IMG/VR virus record: IMGVR_UViG_3300048080_000117
Coordinates: 1-38,351 of that record
Strand: one strand, 5' to 3'
DNA from: a virus
DNA length: 38,351 bases
The translations under genes and the position numbers were made by a program. This document shows, piece by piece, positions 25,193 to 32,886 of the stretch (positions are counted from its first letter, which is position 1; each line of letters starts with the position of its first letter). A model generated the notes under the pieces. That model worked only from the letters and a program-made list of their open reading frames with translations. It was not told the DNA's origin and searched no databases.

Positions 25193-26544
25193 GCCCTCCT
25201 GTTATGCCAGAGCTGGACCGCGAATCGTGGCGGGAGATTGCGCGTAACGCTAGGGCTGCGCTTGAGGCTGACCCTAACGACACCGAGGCACGGGAATGGT
25301 TCGAGCGTGCCTCTGGCGCACTGCGGGAAACGCTCCCCGAAGTCGAAGCCCAAGCAGCAGAAGCATCGCGGGGGTATCGCGAGGAAGCACGCCCGGATTT
25401 CTCTGGCCTTGGTGGTGCCATTGGTGCTGCCGCCCTGAAAGCGGGTCAGGGGGCGACGTTTGGGATCTCCGATGAATTGGCGGGACTAGTTGCTGGGGCA
25501 GGGTCCAAGGTCCGTGGTAAGGGGTTCGAGGAAGGGTATCGCGGAGGGGTCACGGGTGCTCGTGAAGCCCTGACCGGCGCGAGTAGTCAGCGGCCCGTCG
25601 TGTCCGGGGTGTCTGATCTTGCCGCGAGTTTGTTGATCCCCGTTCCCGGAGCGGGAGCAGCGCGGCGCGCACAGACAACTGGCCGGGCCCTCATCTCGAC
25701 GCTCGCTCGCCCGCGTGGTCAGCAATCCATCCTGAAAGCCGCCCTTGCCTCACGAGAAGGGCTACGTCCAGCTCTCAAGGAACTCGTCAAGGGTGGGGCG
25801 ACGATTGGCGGGACCCAAGGCGCGGCACACGCGGCGGGTCGGAGTGAAGGGGGGCTCAGGGAACGCGGCACCGCCGCATTGGTCGGTGGGACTGTCGGCG
25901 GTGCGACTGGTGGGCTGGCGCCTTTGGCCGCAACGGGCGGTCGTGTGGCACTGCGACAACTCAAGAACGCGCTCGGTTACGTTGGGCGTCCGGTACTTGA
26001 ACCCTTACGACTGCTCCGTGGTGGAGATACGCCGATCGATGACATTCTCCAATCATCGCAACGGGTTGCTGATGAGGCGTTAGACGCGCCCACATTTCTC
26101 CGTCGTAATCTAGGAAGTACACGGCTGCCTGAGGGCTTTCAAGCCGTTCGGAGTCCTGGAGAGCGCTTGCAGCGGATGCCTCGTGTATCTACCGACGAAT
26201 CGCTGGTCGAGGAGGCAATCCTTCGTAGCCCGGTTCAACGGGCTCGCCGTTCCGCACCAACCGCGTCAGTCGTTAAACCTTCCTCGGCTCGCGGCGAAGC
26301 GATCGCAGCCGCCAAGGTCGGGGAGCAAATCCGGCGTGGGGAACGGGGGCCAGCGGGCGGGGCATTGGTTGGAGCGAAGGCTAGGGTCCAAGCCCAGCGT
26401 ATCGAAGCCCTCGCCCGGCGGCTAGCCGAACTCCCTGACGATGCACTCCAGCGAGAGCTTGATAACCCATTGGTCGATGATTTGGTCAAAGCGGCGGCAC
26501 GGAAGGAACTGGTACGCCGCAGCGCTTCTGCGGTCGCACCCTAA
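25189..26544 (+). CDS. hypothetical virion/ejection-type protein (451 aa)
   Basis: ATGA overlap. Gly/Ala-rich central part. Last large gene before the lysis cassette. Confidence 0.55.
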   Translation: MSPPVMPELDRESWREIARNARAALEADPNDTEAREWFERASGALRETLPEVEAQAAEASRGYREEARPDFSGLGGAIGAAALKAGQGATFGISDELAGLVAGAGSKVRGKGFEEGYRGGVTGAREALTGASSQRPVVSGVSDLAASLLIPVPGAGAARRAQTTGRALISTLARPRGQQSILKAALASREGLRPALKELVKGGATIGGTQGAAHAAGRSEGGLRERGTAALVGGTVGGATGGLAPLAATGGRVALRQLKNALGYVGRPVLEPLRLLRGGDTPIDDILQSSQRVADEALDAPTFLRRNLGSTRLPEGFQAVRSPGERLQRMPRVSTDESLVEEAILRSPVQRARRSAPTASVVKPSSARGEAIAAAKVGEQIRRGERGPAGGALVGAKARVQAQRIEALARRLAELPDDALQRELDNPLVDDLVKAAARKELVRRSASAVAP

Positions 26545-26563
26545 AGGATTCTGTTTCTTCCCA

Positions 26564-27061
26564 ATGAACTCGTTACCAGACGTGAGCTTCCTCGCGGCGA
26601 CGGCTTGGCTCACGTCGCTGGCTATCGTGGCGCTCGCTGGCGTCCGTGGAGCCCTGTGGATTCGGCAAGCAAAGTTCAATGGTGGCCAAGTCGGGCCGAT
26701 CAACGGACCTGGCGCGCGAACGGCTGAACGTACCTTGGTGTTGGTGGAACGTCAGCAAGAGGACTTGGAGGCGGTGCTCCGAATCCTGAGCGAGCAGCAG
26801 ACGCTAATGCGTGAGGATCAGACGGTACGTAAACAGGAGCACGAAGCCAAGCTGGCCATGATCGAGCAACTCGCGAGCGTCGCCCAGAGCTTCAATAAGT
26901 CAGCGTCGGTGCTGACGGCGATGAACTTCAACGTCGAGGCGGCGCACCGGGAGATCGTGCAGCATCGCGACTCAGCCGCCAGCGTGATGGACCAAGTGAA
27001 CGACATCCATCGGGAAGTGGTGCGAAAGGGACGCCGCACGGCGGCAAAGGAACGGTCGTGA
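26564..27061 (+). CDS. N-terminally anchored coiled-coil membrane protein (lysis cassette)
   Basis: ATG 26564 follows the upstream stop at 26544. TM segment VSFLAATAWLTSLAIVALAGV, then a long helical region. GTGA overlap with the holin candidate. Confidence 0.5.
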   Translation: MNSLPDVSFLAATAWLTSLAIVALAGVRGALWIRQAKFNGGQVGPINGPGARTAERTLVLVERQQEDLEAVLRILSEQQTLMREDQTVRKQEHEAKLAMIEQLASVAQSFNKSASVLTAMNFNVEAAHREIVQHRDSAASVMDQVNDIHREVVRKGRRTAAKERS

Positions 27062-27429
27062 TCTGTACTTGGCTTGACCGTCTCGTCGGCTTCGAGGCCG
27101 TGTTCAAGCTGGCCCGTGGGATGCTTGCCGTTCTCGGCGAGGCCAACACGACGGCGGTGCGGATCTGGGTCACGATCGCGGCGTTCGCTGCGACGACGGC
27201 CTCCTATCTGGCGCTTGCCGCGCGTGCGCTGCTGCTCGCGCCGGCTGGCACGACGCCCACCTTCTGGGTGCCCGCGATCGAGTGGATGCTCTTTCTCGGC
27301 GGCATGGCTGGCATCGATGTCGTGCAGTGGGGATTCAAGCGGCAGACTCACAAGCCGGAGCTCGCCGCCGGGAGCGGGCCCGTGATTACGCTCCCCCAGG
27401 GCACGCGGCTCGAGGGGTGGACGCCGTGA
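27058..27429 (+). CDS. holin candidate (two TM segments)
   Basis: IWVTIAAFAATTASYLALAARALLLA and FWVPAIEWMLFLGGMAGIDVV. Directly upstream of, and overlapping, the endolysin gene. Confidence 0.5.
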   Translation: MICTWLDRLVGFEAVFKLARGMLAVLGEANTTAVRIWVTIAAFAATTASYLALAARALLLAPAGTTPTFWVPAIEWMLFLGGMAGIDVVQWGFKRQTHKPELAAGSGPVITLPQGTRLEGWTP

Positions 27430-27950
27430 GTACTGCGCCCTGGTTGCCCGAGACGACTCCGGAACTCGTGGCGGCGATTGTGCGACGGGCGCTCGAAGAC
27501 GTGGGCGTCTGCGAGGATCCGCCCGGCTCGAACCGCTCGCCTGAGATTGACCGCTATCTCAAGGCGGTCGGCACACCGCTCGGCTTGCCCTGGTGCGCGG
27601 CGGCCGTCGCCGCATGGTTCCGTGATGCTGGCGCGCTCACGCCTCCCAAGCTCGCGGCCTCGACGGACGCGTGGATGGCGTGGGCGAAGGAGCACAACCT
27701 GTGGGCGCCCCAGCCGGTGCTCGGAGCGGCAGTGGTCTATGGGAAGGACAGCGATGCGCAGCACATTGGGGTCGTGGTACGGCTGACACCGATCGCGCTC
27801 AGCGTGGAAGGCAACACGTCGCTGGACAACTCACCGCAGCGGGAAGGGCTCGCGGTAGACCTCAAAAAGCTGAACATGGCGTGGGCGCTCGGATACGTGC
27901 GGCCGGTTGCTGCGGCGACGCTTGGCCGCTCGGCGGCAGGTCTCGAATGA
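27426..27950 (+). CDS. endolysin, CHAP / NlpC-P60-like cysteine peptidase (TIGR02594-like pattern)
   Basis: PPGSNRSPEIDRYL, LPWCAAAVAAWF (catalytic Cys context), AQHIGVVV (His), SVEGNTS. GTG 27426 overlaps the holin stop. Confidence 0.75.
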   Translation: MSTAPWLPETTPELVAAIVRRALEDVGVCEDPPGSNRSPEIDRYLKAVGTPLGLPWCAAAVAAWFRDAGALTPPKLAASTDAWMAWAKEHNLWAPQPVLGAAVVYGKDSDAQHIGVVVRLTPIALSVEGNTSLDNSPQREGLAVDLKKLNMAWALGYVRPVAAATLGRSAAGLE

Positions 27951-28111
27951 CGCTCATCATCTTCACAGCCTTTGTCGGCGGCTTCGGGGCGGCCACCGTA
28001 ATCGTCTTCTCTGTGTTGGCGTGGGCGCTGTGGACGGGGCGGCTGGACATCCGCATCACGGAACGTCCGAGTATCGTCCTGGTGGGCGACGAGCAGTGCC
28101 GATCCCTATGA
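27947..28111 (+). CDS. small membrane protein (54 aa), lysis cassette
   Basis: ATGA overlaps on both sides. TM segment LIIFTAFVGGFGAATVIVFSVLAWALW. Confidence 0.45.
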   Translation: MTLIIFTAFVGGFGAATVIVFSVLAWALWTGRLDIRITERPSIVLVGDEQCRSL

Positions 28112-28302
28112 CCCACTGTCATGTGTGCGTTGCCGGATACCTGCGGCTTGAGGAGGGGGAGCTGTGCTGCGACAAGTGCCAGTACGTGCCCGGTAAAAGC
28201 CTCTCTGTCAATCGTCCGTGGGTCTTTGGGCCAGGCCGCAGCAACTGGACCAAAAGCCCCCGAGTGGATTGGCGGGCCTACGACAAACGGAGAATTGCAT
28301 GA
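28108..28302 (+). CDS. small zinc-ribbon protein (64 aa)
   Basis: CHVC...CCDKC. ATGA overlaps on both sides. Confidence 0.45.
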   Translation: MTHCHVCVAGYLRLEEGELCCDKCQYVPGKSLSVNRPWVFGPGRSNWTKSPRVDWRAYDKRRIA

Positions 28303-28892
28303 ATCTTAAACGCTACCTTCCCTACGTCATTGTGGCGATCGTCGCCCTGCTCTGGTTCAAGGCCCGTGATGCCCAAGTCAGAGCCACCGCCTTATCCGAC
28401 CAGCGAGCGGATAGCCTGAACCTGGTGTTTAGTATCATGGATAGCCTACAGACCGTGCGGGATCGAGAGCGAGTGGCTGGTGAGCAGGAAGTCAGCCGAT
28501 TGGCTACGGCCTTGGCGGCGAGCCGAGCCACGTTCTCCCGACTCCGGGTTCAGGGGATGGCGGCATCAGCCGATCTCACGGCTCACTTGGACCACGACTC
28601 CACCGCCTCCGATTCCCTTCGGGGACTGGTGAACACCACGATCACCCTGTTCAGTGACCAAGCCGCAGCTTGTGATGCGGCGCTCTTGAGTTGCGATTCG
28701 ATTCAAGCCGCGCAGCGAGGGATCATCTTAGGTCTGGACTCTAGCGCAACGGAACGCTCCGAAGCCCTAGTCCGTCTGCGGGAACTATTTGAGGTCGAAC
28801 GTCGCAGGGCATCACCCGGTATCCTGAAACGGCTCACTATAGCTGCGCCGTGGATGATCGGGGCCGTAGTGCTTTGGGAGATCGCACGTTAG
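28299..28892 (+). CDS. coiled-coil protein with N- and C-terminal hydrophobic anchors (spanin-like candidate)
   Basis: N-terminal YLPYVIVAIVALLWF and C-terminal LTIAAPWMIGAVVLWEIA flank about 150 helical residues. Last gene of the + strand late block. Confidence 0.5.
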   Translation: MNLKRYLPYVIVAIVALLWFKARDAQVRATALSDQRADSLNLVFSIMDSLQTVRDRERVAGEQEVSRLATALAASRATFSRLRVQGMAASADLTAHLDHDSTASDSLRGLVNTTITLFSDQAAACDAALLSCDSIQAAQRGIILGLDSSATERSEALVRLRELFEVERRRASPGILKRLTIAAPWMIGAVVLWEIAR

Positions 28893-29081
28893 ATTGGGCA
28901 GAGGTAGCGGGCGACTGTGGTACTGCCCTGGCCCAGCGGAATGAACGGTTGTCGGCGGGACTGCTGGTGAACGGCGGACGACGCTTCTAGAGCGCCACGA
29001 TCCGCACGCGATTACAGGGGTCCGGCATCAGTGACCTGAATCCGCAGACGGGTGGGCATCTGGTCTGATCCTACCGCCCCG

Positions 29082-29423
29082 CTATCCCGTTACCGAACTC
29101 CGTGCTCGGTTGCTGGGCTTGGGCATGGGAATCAGCCAGCGCAGGGATCGCAGCACCACGGGGTCGCCTTCCCGTAAAGCCCCGGCTATTCGGTGCTTAC
29201 AATAGTGGCCCCGCTGGCTATCCTCGCAGGTACACTCGTCCCGTTCCAGATTGACGGTGTACTGCCGCTCCCCAGACTGGACCTGATAGACATGGCCGTA
29301 GCCCGTGGGCTCCGCGTCCAAGTGGACGGCGCGCGCCAATCGGTAAAGGTCCACGGTAGCATGGGGCATCCTCCACCCCCTGAAGGGGTTATTGAAAGGT
29401 AGCGTGAGGAACGGGCCAGACAA
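29082..29423 (-). CDS. SWIM zinc-finger protein
   Basis: CTCEDSQRGHYCKHRIA is a CxC..x..CxH SWIM signature. The only convincing minus-strand gene. The start may be ATG at 29369 rather than TTG at 29423. Confidence 0.65.
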   Translation of the reverse strand: MSGPFLTLPFNNPFRGWRMPHATVDLYRLARAVHLDAEPTGYGHVYQVQSGERQYTVNLERDECTCEDSQRGHYCKHRIAGALREGDPVVLRSLRWLIPMPKPSNRARSSVTG

Positions 29424-29437
29424 GACACGCTATCGCT

Positions 29438-29532
29438 ATGGTGTCGTCTAATAGGCGACAGCGATCCGGTGTCGTTTCACGTGAAACAGTGTCGTGACAG
29501 GGTTGGTGTCGCTAGTAGCGCCAGTGTCGCCA
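29438..29532 (+). promoter_or_regulatory. array of five direct RGTGTCGY repeats (operator- or iteron-like) in the divergent intergenic region
   Basis: GTGTCG at 29441, 29469, 29489, 29506 and 29524 (spacings 28, 20, 17, 18). Related inverted copies lie at 29424..29429 and 29455..29461, and gtgtct forms the start of the next gene (29571). Confidence 0.7.
29474..29487. promoter_or_regulatory. perfect 14-bp palindrome gtttcacgtgaaac
   Basis: Read directly. Lies between GTGTCG copies 2 and 3. Confidence 0.85.
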
Positions 29533-29570
29533 GACTGGACAAATGCGTTTAGGTGCCGTAGGTTCGGCTT

Positions 29571-29792
29571 GTGTCTACAACGCGTTCTAACGGGCCCGCC
29601 AAACCGGGGGTAGCTGCACCCGAGCGGGGCATCAAACGCGGCCCACGGGTCCGCTGTATGCGCAGCGCGTGCTCCAAGAGGTACGAGCAAAAGCGGGCAT
29701 GGCAACGGTACTGCTCGCCCCGCTGCCGCTACCTGGCGTATCTGGCACGGCAGGGAGTGGGAATAGTGGTGGCCCCGAAGGGCGCGGCGTGA
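29571..29792 (+). CDS. small Cys4 protein, first gene of the rightward early operon
   Basis: GTG 29571. CMRSAC....YCSPRC pattern. Basic. Confidence 0.5.
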   Translation: MSTTRSNGPAKPGVAAPERGIKRGPRVRCMRSACSKRYEQKRAWQRYCSPRCRYLAYLARQGVGIVVAPKGAA

Positions 29793-30010
29793 TGCTCTGG
29801 CTCCTTCTGCTCGCGTGGTTCTTGGCCGTGCTCGTAATCTGGGTGGTGATCCGCTCCGGTATACAACAGGGACATCCGTTGACGCGGGAGGAGACCGAGC
29901 GGTTACGGACTGCGGCCCACGAGGCCCTGAAACAGATCGAGGCGCGCCGGTCCCACCTGATGATCGTCACGAGCAATGAACTCGGCTCGCACCTCCTGAG
30001 CAAGAACTGA
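29792..30010 (+). CDS. small membrane protein (72 aa)
   Basis: N-terminal MLWLLLLAWFLAVLVIWVVI. 1-nt overlaps on both sides. Confidence 0.5.
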   Translation: MLWLLLLAWFLAVLVIWVVIRSGIQQGHPLTREETERLRTAAHEALKQIEARRSHLMIVTSNELGSHLLSKN

Positions 30011-30138
30011 TGGCGAAGCGAGGGGTGGGTCAAATCCGTTGCCGACGTTGCAAGCGGCGCATCACGCTTCGGGAGAGTGTAGCGTGGAAGGCATTCCGCG
30101 GCTTGTGTCGCCGGTGCTGGAAGAACGGCGTGTTATGA
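30010..30138 (+). CDS. mini zinc-ribbon protein (42 aa)
   Basis: CRRC...CRRC. TGATG and ATGA overlaps. Below the ORF-track cutoff. Confidence 0.35.
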   Translation: MAKRGVGQIRCRRCKRRITLRESVAWKAFRGLCRRCWKNGVL

Positions 30139-30341
30139 AACCGACCGGCGACGGCGAGTTTCGTAAGGCGCTTCGTCGTAACGCGGCCATGGCAGAAACA
30201 CCGTGGCTCTTGAGGGATCGGTGCCCGGCATGCGACTACGTGAGTCAGCCGCGCAACTTTGTACGGCGGTCCATTTGGTATTGCCCGCGTTGCCAGGTCG
30301 TACCCATGCGCGTAGAGCGCATCCTAGCCGCCGATGCCTAG
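30135..30341 (+). CDS. zinc-ribbon protein (68 aa)
   Basis: CPAC...CPRC. ATGA overlap upstream. Confidence 0.45.
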   Translation: MKPTGDGEFRKALRRNAAMAETPWLLRDRCPACDYVSQPRNFVRRSIWYCPRCQVVPMRVERILAADA

Positions 30342-30753
30342 CGCGTTCGAGAGTTGCTCGTGGTGCGACCGCCTAGAGCAAGAGGCTTCGGTGTCAGGCG
30401 ACGAACCCACGCAAGAGATGCGCGAATGCCGGGAACTATGGGGGCACTTTGCTGGCTGCCAGCGTTATCCGAACCGCGCACAGGAAGTTGAAAGCATTGT
30501 GCAGGAAGCTATCGGATCAGCTCGCGAGCAGTTGGAGCGCCGCGACACCGATGGACGGTCCACATTCATATCTGGCGTTGAGCGACTTCAGCGGATCGTC
30601 CGCGCTTTCTGTGCCAAGGACATCTTGACCGGGGCTAAGTGGCGCGGGACGCGGGAGTACGAGCGGGCCGTGGCTGAATTGAGTATGGCCCTGCTGATCC
30701 TCGATACGGAACCGGCCCGGCGATTCCTCAAGTCATTGGACGAGGATTTCTGA
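30334..30753 (+). CDS. hypothetical protein (139 aa)
   Basis: ORF coupled on both sides. No motif recognised. Confidence 0.5.
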   Translation: MPSAFESCSWCDRLEQEASVSGDEPTQEMRECRELWGHFAGCQRYPNRAQEVESIVQEAIGSAREQLERRDTDGRSTFISGVERLQRIVRAFCAKDILTGAKWRGTREYERAVAELSMALLILDTEPARRFLKSLDEDF

Positions 30754-31019
30754 TGCCGCTCTCCTGGGGCGAGACCCGAGACAAAGTAGCGGCGCTCTTT
30801 CCTCGTGTCCCCGTGCGAAAGGGTTGGGCTGGTCCCAAGTATCCTGTTGCCGAGCGGCGACAATACCGCGGCAAGATCCGTTACGTCGTGGGCTACGGTC
30901 ACTCGCGTCTGTATTCACACCACTTCAGCGGGTTGGTCTACGATCGCATCTTGGGTTACGCCGATACGCTGGAAGCGGCACTAGCGATGATGGAGCGCAA
31001 GCTAACGGTGGTGAGTTAA
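30753..31019 (+). CDS. hypothetical protein (88 aa), MPLSWGET N-terminus
   Basis: TGATG overlap. Shares its first 8 codons with the next gene. Confidence 0.5.
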   Translation: MPLSWGETRDKVAALFPRVPVRKGWAGPKYPVAERRQYRGKIRYVVGYGHSRLYSHHFSGLVYDRILGYADTLEAALAMMERKLTVVS

Positions 31020-31021
31020 CG

Positions 31022-31201
31022 ATGCCACTCTCCTGGGGCGAAACCTGGATTGAGCATGTCAGCAACGCGCTGGCGATCCATTACGCTCGTGAGCAGAAGC
31101 CTACCTGCGAGGACTTGAAGGCGATCCGCTCCCGATTGCGCAGAGCCATCGTAGAAATTGACCGCGAGATCGCCGCTGGTCCGTTGCGGGAGGTGCGGTA
31201 A
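31022..31201 (+). CDS. hypothetical protein (59 aa), MPLSWGET N-terminus
   Basis: ATG 31022 lies 2 nt after the upstream TAA. The first 24 nt are 22/24 identical to 30753..30776. Confidence 0.4.
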   Translation: MPLSWGETWIEHVSNALAIHYAREQKPTCEDLKAIRSRLRRAIVEIDREIAAGPLREVR

Positions 31202-31501
31202 GTGGAACGCCTTGTCGGATTGATTCTTGATCACCTGAAACAGTGGGGCGACGTGGACATCACGATTGCTCCGGAAGACCGCCAAGAGATGTTCGCTCGA
31301 CAATTGGCGAGACTGATTCAATCGCGCGAGGGAGAAGGATCTTCCAGTTCCCCCAAGCAGCGACTGGCACCCAGCTCGTTGGTTCCGAAAGACGAAGCCC
31401 CGTTTGACATGGTACCGGATGCGGCGGACCTCGAACACGAAGCCCGGCAGTTGGAACGTCATACCCCGGGACTGATGGATGAACCAGAGGAACGGCAGTG
31501 A
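31202..31501 (+). CDS. hypothetical acidic protein (99 aa)
   Basis: GTG directly after the upstream TAA. GTGA overlap downstream. Confidence 0.45.
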   Translation: MERLVGLILDHLKQWGDVDITIAPEDRQEMFARQLARLIQSREGEGSSSSPKQRLAPSSLVPKDEAPFDMVPDAADLEHEARQLERHTPGLMDEPEERQ

Positions 31502-31701
31502 TCCATTGGCGCAGTCGTCTCGCAAATGCGGATGACGCCTCCGTGACCGTGGAACTGACAATGACGGTCAATCAGTGGCGCAGCTTTCTACTCAAGGTCA
31601 ACGAGAACGACTGGCCGGCATGGATTGTCGGCAAGGCGATACATGAAGCGATTGGAGCCGCCCTAGCGCATTTCACCGGGGAGCAAAAAGGTGAGAACTG
31701 A
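31498..31701 (+). CDS. hypothetical protein (67 aa)
   Basis: Coupled ORF. No motif. Confidence 0.45.
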   Translation: MIHWRSRLANADDASVTVELTMTVNQWRSFLLKVNENDWPAWIVGKAIHEAIGAALAHFTGEQKGEN

Positions 31702-31702
31702 A

Positions 31703-31867
31703 ATGACCGCTGACCTTCGCGCCCTTCTGGAGAAAGCCGCAGTCGCCGCGGAGGCCGCTCGGGAGAGTCGGTATATCGAGGACGCCCGATCCTCAGCAGC
31801 AGAATGTGTGGAGATCCTAGATAAGGTGCTGACGGTAAGGGAGGCACGGAACGGAGGCACGGTATGA
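31703..31867 (+). CDS. hypothetical protein (54 aa)
   Basis: ATG lies 1 nt after the upstream stop. ATGA overlap downstream. Below the ORF-track cutoff. Confidence 0.35.
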   Translation: MTADLRALLEKAAVAAEAARESRYIEDARSSAAECVEILDKVLTVREARNGGTV

Positions 31868-32313
31868 CCGATACCATACACGAATGTCCGAAGTGCGGCG
31901 GTGACATATGGTCGAATGTTCGCAAGAACCAAGATCGGATGGCCCAAGGCCAGAAGCCGATGCCCGACTATGCGTGCAAAGATAAGGAGGGCTGTGGCTG
32001 GAAGAAGTGGCCCCCGCGAGAAGAGGGCCAGCGACGTGGCCAACTTGGAGGCGGCGGTAAGCCGAAGTGGACCTGGGGTAGCTTGTCACGGACCTACGGG
32101 AACTGCCTCAAGCTCGCTGTGAAGCACGTTGGAGAAAACGTGCCTGATGCTACGCCGGCTGAAACGGTGGCGGCGGCAGCGACCTTGTTCATTACCGCCG
32201 CACGGGATGGCGTGCAGCCGATCCAGAAGCCCGAACCCGAACCGCAGCGTCCAGCACGATCCGAGGATTTTCCAGAGGCGTTGGACGATGACGATGGGCG
32301 TGATCCGTGGTAA
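31864..32313 (+). CDS. zinc-ribbon protein with an acidic C-terminal tail
   Basis: CPKCGG....CKDKEGCGW N-terminus. The C-terminal ...EDFPEALDDDDGRDPW resembles SSB-type acidic tips. Confidence 0.55.
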   Translation: MTDTIHECPKCGGDIWSNVRKNQDRMAQGQKPMPDYACKDKEGCGWKKWPPREEGQRRGQLGGGGKPKWTWGSLSRTYGNCLKLAVKHVGENVPDATPAETVAAAATLFITAARDGVQPIQKPEPEPQRPARSEDFPEALDDDDGRDPW

Positions 32314-32498
32314 AGCCCACGACCGTCGAGCGCCAGTCCATAGGGTCGGTAACGTCCATCGCCCTGTCAGATCAAGTGTCGTGGATCGCGACCGATCTCC
32401 TGTTGGCCATCACGCGATCGGATTTCCTGCGGGTAGCGGATCACCTGCGGCTGTTATCCCAAGACGTGGAGCGGTTTGTGGAGAAGATGGAGCAGTGA
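32307..32498 (+). CDS. hypothetical protein (63 aa)
   Basis: GTG start overlapping the upstream stop. Last ORF before a 390-nt gap. Confidence 0.4.
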   Translation: MVKPTTVERQSIGSVTSIALSDQVSWIATDLLLAITRSDFLRVADHLRLLSQDVERFVEKMEQ

Positions 32499-32886
32499 GT
32501 GGAGGGAAGGTCGCAGCGGCGTGGACGAGACACGCACTGTCGGGTCGATGAAGCCTATTCGGGCCTATTTCTAGTTGCCGCGCTCGATAGCCTTGTACGA
32601 CCGCAGGTACAGACGTACTAGACGCGAGTACCCCGTCAACTCGGGGCTGCGATCCTTGAAATGGTTGGCGTGCCGCAAGGCCGGTGATGCGCGAGGCTCC
32701 GTGGTATCACGGCCCGCCCCCGTTGCGCTCGCGTCCAGCAGGGGACGCCAATCAGTAAACCTGATTCTCACTTGGGGGTCTGTGGGCTAGTGAGCCTCGG
32801 ACTACTCGTGTTCAGCCCTGATCGATGAAGTGCATCGGTCGCACGGGACAGGCCCTTCAAGTGAGTCAACTGAAAGGAGTAGAACT

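Noticed and set aside
28893-29081. Convergent intergenic region considered as an attP site or bidirectional terminator
   Set aside because: No integrase is present in the complete genome. Only a weak 6-bp stem (28896..28929) is present, with no T-run. Nothing can be supported from sequence alone.
29438-29532. Possibility that the short repeat array is a CRISPR array
   Set aside because: The repeat units are only 6-8 nt with 17-28 nt periodicity. There are no cas genes, and the array lies in a divergent promoter region. An operator- or iteron-type array fits better.
32575-32790. A 71-aa + strand ORF in the 390-nt gap
   Set aside because: It has a TTG start with no RBS, an extreme Arg content and no coupling to neighbours. 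I treat the region as non-coding or unresolved (see the corresponding finding).
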